A DNA stretch of 64,000 bases from Methanomethylovorans hollandica DSM 15978 (GCF_000328665.1 NC_019977.1:1054001-1118000); one strand, 5' to 3'. Positions 40,247 through 50,457 are shown, numbered from the stretch's first letter. Translations and numbers: made by a program. Notes: a model not told the origin generated them from the letters alone.

Positions 40247-42200
40247 TTATTTCCTCCGAGAATCTTTCAAGAAGAAGTATGTTGTCTATCATCAGAGCAC
40301 AGCTCCAGCCCAGGGGTATGGCCCAGGCAGGATGGCCCTTATTTTTGTCCACCTGCTCAGGGAGCATACCTGTGCTGGTAGATCCTTTGAGTGCCCATTT
40401 GATATAGTTCACGGAATCATGTATAAGTTTTGAGATCTCGTTCTCAGTACCAGGTTCGCTGCGCAGTGAGTTTGCAAGGCTGAGCATTGCCTTGGATAAC
40501 CACAATGTGGTAACTATCCATGGATTGCCTTCAATGTACCTGTCGTTCTCATATCTTTTTATGCCATGATGCCCGTTAACATGCACACTAAGCCTGCTTT
40601 CTATGATCCTGATCATTGAGAGGATCATTTCCCTTTCTTGTGGATCAGCAGGTGAAAGCATATTGAATGGTATAAAAGTACCGATCATACTCGCATCCGC
40701 CGTAGGATCCAATTTTCCATCTGCAAGGCATTTTGCGAAATGGCCTTCTTTAAGCCACATTTCTTCAATGGTCTTGTTCTTTACAAGCTCGGCTCTTTCA
40801 AGCCACCGAGATGCAAGACCTGGTTCACTGTAAGCTCGTGCTATGTGAGCAGCGTCTTTTAGGCCAGCATATGCCGCAGCGCATGTATAAGCGAATACCC
40901 CTTCATAAGTTTCCCATATATCCAAACAGGGTTCATGCAGCCCATTCAGTGTGCGCTTCATCAGGTACTCAGCACCTGTGAGGACAGTGGTCCAGATACT
41001 TTCCAGAAACTCGGCTCTTTGGATACCCTTTAAGGTAAGATAGTATGTGTACATGGCATGCAGTGTAGCCCCAGTCTCATCTATCTGGGTGGAATGGGAG
41101 AAGTTTCCCCATGAAGGACCCGTGTTACCATCAAGCCAGTATCTCTGGAACCAGGAGCCATCGGAAAGCTGTGTGCGTTTACACCAACGGAAGAACATGT
41201 CACAGTATTCGGGATACCCTGCATTGAGCAGGGCTATTGCTACTTCCGAAACATCCCTGTTCCAGCAGTACCCATAACCTCCGCACATCTCAAAATCATG
41301 GTCGAACTCAGGTGCAGCCACAAAAGAACCGTGTATAGGATCATTGAGCAGGTCAAGGGTGAGCAGAGAGCGGTTGAAAGCCTCCCTGATCTGTTGTTTT
41401 GTTTCGGGTATATCGTCCAGCACGGATAGTTTTACTATATTCTTTTTTGAAAGCCACCGTATCCGGTCCTCCTTGGAATCCTCAAGCATGTTATCCACGG
41501 GCTCCTGCATTAATTCCAACATCATCTTGTATAACATTGTCCTTTTCTGAGAAGCTCCTATGAACACGGTTATCTCCTTGTGTTGGCCAGCTTTAAGATT
41601 AAGGTCCCATCCGACGACCGTGTTCAGATAACCAATATCTTCCTTGTTGTTCTGCAGTCTGCCGTCTTCCATGTCATAACGTGCATTGGTCCACCATATG
41701 GTGTCCATTGCCTTGCCTACCTGCCATTCCTGGAAAGGCGGGTATGCCATTATACCGATATAGTTATTCTGCCAGTACTGCACAAGCAGCCGTGCATCAG
41801 TATCACAGAAAGCAGAGTTCTTCTTGTGCATCTCGCCTACACAGAGGTTGGAATAATAAAAGAATGTGCCATTGATATCCCTCTCAGTGCTGATGGTATA
41901 TTTACGCACCATCACAGATGCTTTTTGATGTGTGAAATCCCGGATAGTTACCTTTATACCAGTTCCGTGCACAAGCTCAGTAATGACTATATTAGTATCA
42001 TCAAGATAATGTTGTGTGGAGTACCATTCAATATTATTGGTCCACATCAGCTTGTTGTCCACCTGCAGGCAGGCAAGCGACTCTTCCACATGTTGGGCAT
42101 AGTCCCTGCGGGGGTAAAAAAACCCCAACAGTTCGCCTTTTTTGCCCATGGTGATAAGCACCTTGTCATTACCCAGTATCACATTAGGTTGCCTGATCAC
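40230..42200 (-). CDS. Glucoamylase, GH15
   Basis: GGYGYCWNRD, QIDETG, DIWE, GIKRYENDRY, PWIVTTLW, GMLPEQV, PLGWS. Confidence 0.92.
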   Translation of the reverse strand: MIRQPNVILGNDKVLITMGKKGELLGFFYPRRDYAQHVEESLACLQVDNKLMWTNNIEWYSTQHYLDDTNIVITELVHGTGIKVTIRDFTHQKASVMVRKYTISTERDINGTFFYYSNLCVGEMHKKNSAFCDTDARLLVQYWQNNYIGIMAYPPFQEWQVGKAMDTIWWTNARYDMEDGRLQNNKEDIGYLNTVVGWDLNLKAGQHKEITVFIGASQKRTMLYKMMLELMQEPVDNMLEDSKEDRIRWLSKKNIVKLSVLDDIPETKQQIREAFNRSLLTLDLLNDPIHGSFVAAPEFDHDFEMCGGYGYCWNRDVSEVAIALLNAGYPEYCDMFFRWCKRTQLSDGSWFQRYWLDGNTGPSWGNFSHSTQIDETGATLHAMYTYYLTLKGIQRAEFLESIWTTVLTGAEYLMKRTLNGLHEPCLDIWETYEGVFAYTCAAAYAGLKDAAHIARAYSEPGLASRWLERAELVKNKTIEEMWLKEGHFAKCLADGKLDPTADASMIGTFIPFNMLSPADPQEREMILSMIRIIESRLSVHVNGHHGIKRYENDRYIEGNPWIVTTLWLSKAMLSLANSLRSEPGTENEISKLIHDSVNYIKWALKGSTSTGMLPEQVDKNKGHPAWAIPLGWSCALMIDNILLLERFSEEISDAKI

Positions 42201-43006
42201 TGGATCTCCTCTTTCATAATGTGTTCCAAGTTAACTCCTTCGGGTGCCGGTGATACCAGATGTTCGCATACTGCATGTCCCATGCTCTTGCAGCTAACTT
42301 CACGCACCTGGAAATTGTACCCCATCATTTCGGTCATGTAACCTGCAATGAACCCGCTCATGTACCCACATACGGGAAGGTCACTGTGACCATATGCATC
42401 TGCAATGAACGAATCCCTTACTCTGAACTTACCGCTGCAGGTATCTCTATCAAAATCCATTTCCAGTTTTCCCCAGCCGGATGCAAGGAATAGTTCTCTC
42501 AGTATGGCCATACAATTGTTCCTGTCTACCGGCATTATACCCTTTACATACTTTGCAGCACCTATGCCTCCTTTAAGGCCGCTTAGCAGAAGCAAACCGT
42601 CAGGCTGGATCACATTCTCTCTTATTATCCTTAGTATATCCAGAAAAGTCCTTGATCTTGTGATCACAGCTCTTTCCCCAAGGAAATTCAGGGGAAAATC
42701 CACTGTATGTATCATACGATTTCTGGATATACCGGATTCAATATCATTTACCCCTTCAATGCCCCGGAGCCTTTCATTGATGGTATCTATTTGTGGCTCT
42801 TCCTGAGTTTCGGTGAAGAGCACATACTTTCCCTGACCGTTCGGTTCTGTATTGTCGAGGTATGAAAACCTGATTTTCACTCCCATTTCAGTAAGCACTG
42901 AATTAATATTTGTTTCAGTCCCCATGTTGCTTTGATAAGTGATCCTGAGCCATACCACATGAGCCTTCTCGTCGCTCTTGGAAAACATGTATAGATCCCG
43001 TACCAT
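42197..43006 (-). CDS. ACT-like plus V4R small-ligand-binding domain protein
   Basis: N-terminal ACT-like segment; LFLASGWG, PVCGYMSGFIAG, VREVSCKSMGHAVCEHLV (V4R Cys pattern). Confidence 0.85.
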   Translation of the reverse strand: MVRDLYMFSKSDEKAHVVWLRITYQSNMGTETNINSVLTEMGVKIRFSYLDNTEPNGQGKYVLFTETQEEPQIDTINERLRGIEGVNDIESGISRNRMIHTVDFPLNFLGERAVITRSRTFLDILRIIRENVIQPDGLLLLSGLKGGIGAAKYVKGIMPVDRNNCMAILRELFLASGWGKLEMDFDRDTCSGKFRVRDSFIADAYGHSDLPVCGYMSGFIAGYMTEMMGYNFQVREVSCKSMGHAVCEHLVSPAPEGVNLEHIMKEEIQ

Positions 43007-43027
43007 AAGTAAACCCCGTTTCTCCCA

Positions 43028-44239
43028 TTATTTATGGGCTTCAGCATCCATAGCGTTTAATTTCCTGAAGACCATGGATTTAAAGTCCATGAGAATTGCC
43101 ATATAATTAATAGCAGCATCAAATGGCGATGAGTGAATGCTAAAATATGAATGCACATCACCGTCACTAAGATTTTTGGTGCACATGTAATAGAAATGGT
43201 CTGAAGTGAGCAGATGCTTCCAGATATTGATGATCTCCGGGTCTTTGGTTCTGCGTACATATGGCCCCAGCATCTTGACATCTTCAAAACATCTTCTTTG
43301 CATATCGTTACCCAGCCATGCGCTGGTATCACGCTCACTATCAGCCCAAGAGATCGTGGAAAAATCTCCGACGTCTATATCTGCTACAGGGTCGTACCTG
43401 CTGATCACTTCAGAAGGAGTATGGAAAGCCAACTTCCTGTCTAAAACCTCTCCGGGCAATGCTTTCAGGAAATTGAAAATGCCCGTTTCTTCCCATTGAT
43501 GCTCTCCAAAAGTTTCATAATCCATAAAAATGTTTAAAGTATCTCCCGGTGTAAGGGAAGCCCAACTGGCCCATTTGTCCGCTGTAAGCGGATATTCCGG
43601 CCACCATCTCGCGGTGAACCTGTAGCCTATGTCATCGCTCAGTTTATAATTACGCAGCAATACCTTGATATTCGAGTCCTTTGCCTGATATACATAGTTA
43701 GGTGACCTGTTGCCTAGCAGATGTTCGGTACCTTCGGAAAGTATTGCTTTATATCCCATATCTTTGACAGTGGCTGCAAGACTATTATTATAAATCAGCT
43801 CCGTATTACGGAACACCTGAGGTTCCACTCCTATGAGAGCCTTCATATTTTCCCGGTGCTCACGTATCTGTTCCCTAAACTCTTCTCTGTCATCGAACAA
43901 ACCTGCCAGAGAGTGATAGTTTGTCTCTTCCAGGAATTCCACACATCCTGTCTCTGCCATCTGTCTGAAGGTTTCCAGCACTTCTTTACCCCATTTTTCA
44001 CACTGGCTGAGCAATGTACCCGTGACCGAGAAACTTATCTTGAACTTTCCATCATATTCATCTACAAGATCAAGCATTGTCCTGTTGGCTGGAAGGTAGC
44101 ATTTGCTTGAGATCTTCTCAAATATCTCCCTGTTAGTCTTGTTATCGAAATATCTCTCAAAACCCGTGTGTTCATCCGGCCAGAACCATTTTAGCCTATA
44201 TGGTTGATGGACTTCAAAATAAAAGCAGATCGATTTCAT
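43028..44239 (-). CDS. Alpha-amylase, GH57
   Basis: FEVHQPYRL, ETNYHSL, FRNTELIY (nucleophile Glu), FMDYETFGEH (acid/base Asp), SDHFYYM; start MKSIC at 44239. Confidence 0.92.
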   Translation of the reverse strand: MKSICFYFEVHQPYRLKWFWPDEHTGFERYFDNKTNREIFEKISSKCYLPANRTMLDLVDEYDGKFKISFSVTGTLLSQCEKWGKEVLETFRQMAETGCVEFLEETNYHSLAGLFDDREEFREQIREHRENMKALIGVEPQVFRNTELIYNNSLAATVKDMGYKAILSEGTEHLLGNRSPNYVYQAKDSNIKVLLRNYKLSDDIGYRFTARWWPEYPLTADKWASWASLTPGDTLNIFMDYETFGEHQWEETGIFNFLKALPGEVLDRKLAFHTPSEVISRYDPVADIDVGDFSTISWADSERDTSAWLGNDMQRRCFEDVKMLGPYVRRTKDPEIINIWKHLLTSDHFYYMCTKNLSDGDVHSYFSIHSSPFDAAINYMAILMDFKSMVFRKLNAMDAEAHK

Positions 44240-45366
44240 ACACTTCCCTCCCATACAGCCCTTCTGAAATCAGATAATATAGATAGATTGTTCACAGATC
44301 TCTCATATCCGGTAATATTGGCTGTGTTCATATCCAGAAAAATATCACTTTGCTGGAGATATCCAAAAATATGTTTCAAATGTGCATTATCTAAAGCTTT
44401 GGCACGTTCTTTTAGTTCTTGCGCTATGATCTCAAGTTCCTTCAGGTAGAAATGTTGTGCATGATTCCCAAGCATGCCATCCATTCCGTAACGAGCTGCA
44501 GACTCGGTTTTCAGCGTGTTCAGCTTTACTTTGTCAAACCTTTTTACGGCATCTTCGGGTTTGATCATACTGATACCTTTTTCTTCCAGGCTTAGCGGCA
44601 GATCTGTCAGGAATTGGAACATTCCTCCTGCTTTGCTTTCGTTCCAGGGAATGGTACCATAGTCCAGGTAGAGGGTAACAACATCACCTTCAATGTGCTC
44701 TACCCATGAAGCGAACTTATCGGCTATCAGTGGAGATCCATCCCATGACCTGTCAGAGAAGCGCCTGCTGACATCTTCGCTAAGGTCTATATGCCTCAGA
44801 AGCGTGGGAATGTCATCAGAATATACGTTATTAGGCACATCTTCGCGGAGCAGATTTTTGGCTCCTTCTGCGATCATGCATTTCAAACCCAGCTTTTTGA
44901 GCAACCCTCCAATGTTTCCTGATATCAGCAACTCCGGGTTTACAAAAGTTGAGGGCACGATGCCAAACAGCTCCGATATCTTTTCCATGTGCATCCATAC
45001 CTGCTCCTTAAAATCTGTGAGGTCAGGATAAAGAGCACTCAATGAATGATAATATGTGGATGCCGCAAATGCTACATTTCCGGTGTCGGCCAAATCTCTG
45101 AACGAATCCAGTACTCCCGGATCCCAGGAACACTGGTCCAAAAATGTCCCTGAAAGGTTCAGGGTGTAGGCAGCTCCATTGTCAATAGATCTTTCCAGTA
45201 CCCTGTTAGTTCTGCCAATGTCGGCTGCCATACGCTGAAAATCAGTGAAGACCCGTTCCTGGTCAAAATAAGTAGTTATCTCAGGCCTACGATAACCTTC
45301 AGCAGACCAGTACCATTTCAAATGATAAGGCAGATGCAAGTCCACGCACACACAAACCGATTCCAT
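44236..45366 (-). CDS. Divergent GH57 alpha-amylase-like paralogue
   Basis: Colinear with its neighbour but with altered motifs: DLHLPY, STYYHSL, FVNPELL, YLDYGTI, QSDIFLDM. Confidence 0.85.
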   Translation of the reverse strand: MESVCVCVDLHLPYHLKWYWSAEGYRRPEITTYFDQERVFTDFQRMAADIGRTNRVLERSIDNGAAYTLNLSGTFLDQCSWDPGVLDSFRDLADTGNVAFAASTYYHSLSALYPDLTDFKEQVWMHMEKISELFGIVPSTFVNPELLISGNIGGLLKKLGLKCMIAEGAKNLLREDVPNNVYSDDIPTLLRHIDLSEDVSRRFSDRSWDGSPLIADKFASWVEHIEGDVVTLYLDYGTIPWNESKAGGMFQFLTDLPLSLEEKGISMIKPEDAVKRFDKVKLNTLKTESAARYGMDGMLGNHAQHFYLKELEIIAQELKERAKALDNAHLKHIFGYLQQSDIFLDMNTANITGYERSVNNLSILSDFRRAVWEGSV

Positions 45367-45517
45367 GGTTAGATATACCCCCTCTCTTTACTTTAATCTA
45401 TTGTAATTTTATAGCTTAAAACAACACTTTATATTTGAATCAGGCAAATATGTAACGATATTGTTTTATTGTTGTATACCAATAAAACTTTTGTATAATT
45501 TTCCAGTGGGGTCAATC

Positions 45518-47335
45518 ATGTTTGAAAGAAAATGGTTAGTAATAGCAGGAGAAGAGGCGGGTCCGAAGTCAAATAAGATGGGTGGTATCTGGAACGTGAT
45601 CGATGCCGAGGCGACTACTCTTGCCGCTCTTATGAGTTCAGGAGCCATCAAGGAGGATTTATTGCCCGGGATCATAGTTGCAGGTCCTTATTATGGTCAC
45701 TCGGGTGTTGATTGGCATAAGAGTCTTAATCGTATAACGGACATGAGTGGCTTTGAGCCTTACGATGGGGATGATGAGTTAGCAGAAGCCCTGTCAGCCA
45801 TGAAACAAAAAGGTATGGAAGTCGTCAGCGGTATTCGTCATTATAAAGGCATACCTATCATCTACCTGATGTTCAAGACAAATGATTTTTGCCGCATAAT
45901 GTCCGAATATATGGGCACTAGCATGTGTCTTTCAGATAAGGTGAAGGGTGAAGCTTTTTCTTTCATAGGGCTTGATTCAATGAAATATGAGAACATGGGC
46001 AATGGACAGGAATATACTCATTATCTCAATCTATCCTATGCTATTTCCGAGTTCATACGGGAGCTGCTGACCATAAAGGCTAAGCGTGCAAAGGATTTCA
46101 GTGATCAGAAGATCTCAGAATTCGCCGCCTCTCTTATGCCCAGCATGCATGTATATCTGCACTGCCATGAATTTGGTGTGTTCTATGCTCTTGCAAGGCT
46201 GCATAAATTAGGTCTGTCTGTAAATTCCGTGGCCACTTATCATGCAACATTGCCGGGAAGGACTTCCGGACATCACTCGTTACAGAAGATACGGGATAAC
46301 GATAGCAGCTGGGATCCACGAGTTCCTGAGAACATGGCAAAACTTGAATCCCTGTCTTCTTATGCTGATGTGGTAACTGCTGTAGGCGACTCTACACGCA
46401 AGGAAGTCAAACTCTTCTATGGGATAGACTCGATAGTTGTGCGCAACGGTATAGATGATAATGTAATGGGCGTTTCACTGGAAAAGAAGAAAAAATGTCG
46501 TGAAAAGATACAGAACTTCCTCTCTGAGAACATTCATAAGGTGTACGGAGGAATATCTATTCCTTCCAAGAGGATATTGCCTATATTTTCCATATCACGT
46601 ATCGAGATAGAGAACAAGGGATATCCGGACCTGCTGGATTCTCTCATGCTTCTTGATCGAATGGTGAAGATGGAGATAACAGCCGGCCAGCAGGATGAGG
46701 ATACACGCATCGTCTGTTTCATTATCGCTGCTCATGGGCCGAAGTCAAATGTACCTGACGGGTTCCCTATCAAACTTCCTGATGAGTTGCTGCAGGGTGA
46801 GGAGATGAGACTGCAGAGAATGATCAAGGAAAGAGAACTTGAACCCGGGCAGCTGATCACAGGAAGAAGGCATGTGGCAGCTGTATTGTATCCCCAGTGG
46901 ATATCAGACCATGACGGTGGTCTTAACATGAACTCGGATGAACTGATGGCAGGATGCATTGCAGGTATTTTCCCATCCAGGTATGAACCTTTCCTGCTGA
47001 CAGGACTTGAGGCAGGAAAAGAGGCCACTCCGAGCATAGTCAGCAAGGTATGTGGTTTCAGTGATGCTCTCGCCAGTATCAAACGCCTTGTTATGGGTAT
47101 GGGTGGCGTTATAGTCGTGGATAATATCGATCTTCCATACAATGAGACTGTATGCGATTACGCCCTTTCTATGGATTATTTCCTGGATACTTATATTGAT
47201 GACAAGGTAAAGTACAGTCTTCTCTGTCAGGAGGCTAGCCTGCTTGCAAAGGAGATGAACTGGCTGGACCCTGCCAGAAAATACTATGAACTATTGACCG
47301 GTGTGTGCATAGTTCCGGAAGAAGAGGAAAACTAA
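45518..47335 (+). CDS. Glycogen synthase, GT3 (eukaryote-type)-like
   Basis: NKMGGIWNVI, LHCHEF, ATYHATLPGR, SRIEIENKG, AVLYPQWI, GIFPSRYEPF.LTGLE resemble GT3 motifs NKVGGIYTV, THATLLGR, YEFxNKG, GVFPSYYEPWGYTPxE; start ATG 45518. Confidence 0.75.
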   Translation: MFERKWLVIAGEEAGPKSNKMGGIWNVIDAEATTLAALMSSGAIKEDLLPGIIVAGPYYGHSGVDWHKSLNRITDMSGFEPYDGDDELAEALSAMKQKGMEVVSGIRHYKGIPIIYLMFKTNDFCRIMSEYMGTSMCLSDKVKGEAFSFIGLDSMKYENMGNGQEYTHYLNLSYAISEFIRELLTIKAKRAKDFSDQKISEFAASLMPSMHVYLHCHEFGVFYALARLHKLGLSVNSVATYHATLPGRTSGHHSLQKIRDNDSSWDPRVPENMAKLESLSSYADVVTAVGDSTRKEVKLFYGIDSIVVRNGIDDNVMGVSLEKKKKCREKIQNFLSENIHKVYGGISIPSKRILPIFSISRIEIENKGYPDLLDSLMLLDRMVKMEITAGQQDEDTRIVCFIIAAHGPKSNVPDGFPIKLPDELLQGEEMRLQRMIKERELEPGQLITGRRHVAAVLYPQWISDHDGGLNMNSDELMAGCIAGIFPSRYEPFLLTGLEAGKEATPSIVSKVCGFSDALASIKRLVMGMGGVIVVDNIDLPYNETVCDYALSMDYFLDTYIDDKVKYSLLCQEASLLAKEMNWLDPARKYYELLTGVCIVPEEEEN

Positions 47336-47370
47336 CAGGGTATATATCCCTTTGTTCAGGAGAAGTACCA

Positions 47371-48351
47371 GTGTCTGAGATACGTAAACACTATTTCCTT
47401 GATGAGTATTGCATAGTAGCTGCCGGAAGAGGCAAACGCCCTTCTGATTTTTCTTCTTCCCCGGAGGTTCAGAACGCTACAAACTGCGTTTTCTGTGCGG
47501 GGAATGAGGACAAAACACCACCTGCCCTGGCTGTATATAAGGATGGGCAGGTACTGCAGGACACTAAGGATAAGCTTATTAAAGATTGGCAGATACGCTG
47601 CATACCTAATATGTACCCGGCGCTTAATCCGGAAGGTGTTGATACTCCATATAGTTCAGGCTATGGGTTTCATGAGGTGATCATAGAAACACCGCAGCAC
47701 GACAGAAGGCTGACCGATTTCACGGATGAAGAAATGGCCCTTCTTATGCAAGCCTACAAAGACCGTGTCATGCATAATTGGAAACAGCCTCAGATAAAGT
47801 TCGTCTCGCTTTTCAAGAATTGGGGGAAGCAGGCTGGTGCATCGCTGGAACACACACATTCCCAGCTCATCGCACTGCCCCTGATACCAATGTCAATTAA
47901 AAAGGAATCTGATGTGATCCATGCCACAGGCAAATGTGCCTACTGCGAGATAGTGCATATGGAATCTTCCAATGAACGCTCCATTTATGAAAATGAACAT
48001 TTCATAGCTTTTGCTCCATATTGCTCGAAGGTCCCATTTGAGATATGGTTACTTCCGAAGATGCATGTCAGTCATCTTGGCGAATTGTCTGAGCATATGT
48101 TGCATTCCCTAGGCGCTGCTATACGTTATATACTATCCAGGCTGGAAACGGTACTTGGGTCTCCGGCTTATAATTTCATGTTCTTCCAGTTAGTGGATGA
48201 TCATCAATATCATCTTAACCTCAGGTTGCAACCTGTGACAAGCAAAATGGCAGGTTTCGAGAAGAACACAGATATATTTATAAATACCATGCCTCCGGAA
48301 AAGGCCGCAGAGTATTTGAACAATGAATTTTCCAGACAGACAGTACATTAA
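47371..48351 (+). CDS. galT: GalT-family hexose-1-phosphate nucleotidylyltransferase
   Basis: SEIRKH, RGKRPSDF, CVFCAGNE, IPNMYPAL, GFHEVIIETPQH, FKNWGKQAGASLEHTHSQLIA; GTG start 47371. Confidence 0.85.
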   Translation: MSEIRKHYFLDEYCIVAAGRGKRPSDFSSSPEVQNATNCVFCAGNEDKTPPALAVYKDGQVLQDTKDKLIKDWQIRCIPNMYPALNPEGVDTPYSSGYGFHEVIIETPQHDRRLTDFTDEEMALLMQAYKDRVMHNWKQPQIKFVSLFKNWGKQAGASLEHTHSQLIALPLIPMSIKKESDVIHATGKCAYCEIVHMESSNERSIYENEHFIAFAPYCSKVPFEIWLLPKMHVSHLGELSEHMLHSLGAAIRYILSRLETVLGSPAYNFMFFQLVDDHQYHLNLRLQPVTSKMAGFEKNTDIFINTMPPEKAAEYLNNEFSRQTVH

Positions 48352-48372
48352 TCAAATAGTGGGGTAAAGAAA

Positions 48373-49545
48373 ATGAAAAAATTAAGGATAGGTATGTTCT
48401 CTTGGGAAAGCTTGCATTCGGTTAAGGTAGGTGGCGTAGCTCCCCATGTATCCGAGCTATCTGAAGTTCTTGCTTCCAAAGGTCATGAGGTCCATATATT
48501 TACACGTAATCGCGGTCTAAAGCCGCATGATCTCATAAACGGCGTACATTATCATCGAGTGGACCATGATCAGTCAGGGGGAGTGGTGAAGCAGATGGAC
48601 AGGATGTGCGATTCCATGTACTGGATGTTCTTGGAGATGGTGGATCGTTTTGGCCAGTTCGATATTCTCCATGGGCATGACTGGCATCCGGTGAACGTGC
48701 TATGCAAACTTAAAGCAGAAAAAGGCCTCAATTTCCTGCTTACATATCACAGTACCGAATGGGGTCGCAATGGTAATGCTCATGGTGATTGGTGGGAAGC
48801 TAAGACCATATCACACAGGGAATGGCTGGCTGGTTATGAGTCGGCTAAGGTCATAATAACTTCTGAGGTGCTGAAGAAGGAGGTACAGTTCCTGTATCAT
48901 ATCCCTGATTATAAGATCTCTCTTGTACCCAACGGCATTTTTCTGGACAAGATACGTAAGGAAGTTGATCCGGGTGAAGTGAAGAAGCGGTTCGGTATCC
49001 ATCCGCTGGCACCGGTTGTTTTGTTCATAGGGCGCATGAGCTACCAGAAAGGGCCTGATGTGCTTGTTAAGGCTATAGGAAAAGTATTGTCTCACCGCTG
49101 GGACACACAGTTTGTGCTTATCGGGGAGGGAGAGATGCGGGATTACTGCGAACACCTTGCAAATTCAATAGGTGTCAAGCATGCATCCCATTTCCTTGGG
49201 TATGCATCGGATGAGGTTTCCAGGGATTGGTACAATGCTGCAGATATTGTGTGTCTCCCAAGCCGCAACGAGCCCTTTGGGATTGTCGTACTTGAAGCGT
49301 GGGATGCTGGAAAGACCGTAGTGGCTACTGATGCTGTAAAACTCATAGATAACTTTAAGAACGGGGTTACTGTGCACCAAAATCCGGATTCCATAGCATG
49401 GGGCATAAACTATGCGCTGGATGGCCTGGGTAAGGCAGGTTTTGGTAAGGAAGGCCGCAGGCTCATTGAAGAGATATATAATTGGGATGAGGTCGCGGAT
49501 TCTACAATGAAGGTCTATGACAGTGTATTGAAGGACAATGAATAG
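48373..49545 (+). CDS. GT4 family glycosyltransferase
   Basis: SWESLHSVKVGGVAPHV, HGHDW, HSTEWGRNG, GRMSYQKGPD, PSRNEPFGIVVLEAW. Confidence 0.9.
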   Translation: MKKLRIGMFSWESLHSVKVGGVAPHVSELSEVLASKGHEVHIFTRNRGLKPHDLINGVHYHRVDHDQSGGVVKQMDRMCDSMYWMFLEMVDRFGQFDILHGHDWHPVNVLCKLKAEKGLNFLLTYHSTEWGRNGNAHGDWWEAKTISHREWLAGYESAKVIITSEVLKKEVQFLYHIPDYKISLVPNGIFLDKIRKEVDPGEVKKRFGIHPLAPVVLFIGRMSYQKGPDVLVKAIGKVLSHRWDTQFVLIGEGEMRDYCEHLANSIGVKHASHFLGYASDEVSRDWYNAADIVCLPSRNEPFGIVVLEAWDAGKTVVATDAVKLIDNFKNGVTVHQNPDSIAWGINYALDGLGKAGFGKEGRRLIEEIYNWDEVADSTMKVYDSVLKDNE

Positions 49546-49561
49546 AGTAGTTGAGAACCAT

Positions 49562-49720
49562 CTACTCACATTCTCTTTTCACAGAAGGACCTCTGTAAAC
49601 TCTTTTTTCATAATCACCATATCCTCTGTGTTTGGGTCTGACCTTCTTCTGTAGTTCTTGTTCAAGCAGTTCTTCCACATGTTCCCATTCTGTTTGTTCC
49701 GATGTCAACTTATCCCTCAT
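49562..49720 (-). CDS. 52-aa small protein translationally coupled to the Nif3-like gene (not in ORF track)
   Basis: MRDKLTSEQTEWEHVEELLEQELQKKVRPKHRGYGDYEKRVYRGPSVKRECE*; GGTGAT RBS; ATGA overlap with the upstream stop. Confidence 0.6.
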   Translation of the reverse strand: MRDKLTSEQTEWEHVEELLEQELQKKVRPKHRGYGDYEKRVYRGPSVKRECE

Positions 49721-50457
49721 ATCACCCTTATGAATGGGTTATGATGTATGAATTCCACGTCCAGTCCCAGCATGTCAGCCAGACGCGGGCACAGCTCTTC
49801 CATACCCGGGTTCTCTGTAGCGTAATGGGTGGCATCAATAAGTGTAAGCTCTCCCCGGGAACGTATCACGTCATGTTTCAGTTCCGAAGAAATGAAAGCT
49901 TCAACATCATGCTTTTTTGCTATTTCAAGGTACTCATTGCGAAAACCACTTCCCCCAAAGACCATAACGCGTTTAATATCATCCCTCTCTCCCACATATT
50001 GCACGTGCGTGTTCAGGCTTTTTGAAACATGGTTTGCCAGAGTCTCTGTTGAACACAAAGGCACTTCGCCTATCCTTCCAGTTTCCAGCTCCTGTATATT
50101 GCTAAGCCCCAGCTTCTTTGCAAGTACATCGTTTATCCCTCCTTTAGCTCTGTCAAAATTTGTATGCATGGAATACAGGGAGATCCCGTTGTCCAGGGCT
50201 ATTTTCAGACTGGTGGCAAGAGTCCTGGAAATGGAATTTACCGGGTTGAAAATAAGGGTATGATGCGTGATCAAGAGATCTGTATCGATTTCGGATGCTC
50301 TGTTTAGTACATAGTCTGTAGGGTCTAAAGCAACTGCTATTTTTTTAATGTCATTGTCAAGGTCAAGATTAAGACCAATTCTGCCAATATCAAAATCTGC
50401 GGCAAGCTCAGGAGGAGCTATCTTTTCCAGAACTGGAACTATCTTAGATAGATGCAT
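49717..50457 (-). CDS. Nif3-like dinuclear metal centre protein
   Basis: AVALDPT, LLITHHTLIF, LYSMHTNFD, GGSG, SSELKH, IDATHYATE. Confidence 0.92.
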   Translation of the reverse strand: MHLSKIVPVLEKIAPPELAADFDIGRIGLNLDLDNDIKKIAVALDPTDYVLNRASEIDTDLLITHHTLIFNPVNSISRTLATSLKIALDNGISLYSMHTNFDRAKGGINDVLAKKLGLSNIQELETGRIGEVPLCSTETLANHVSKSLNTHVQYVGERDDIKRVMVFGGSGFRNEYLEIAKKHDVEAFISSELKHDVIRSRGELTLIDATHYATENPGMEELCPRLADMLGLDVEFIHHNPFIRVI

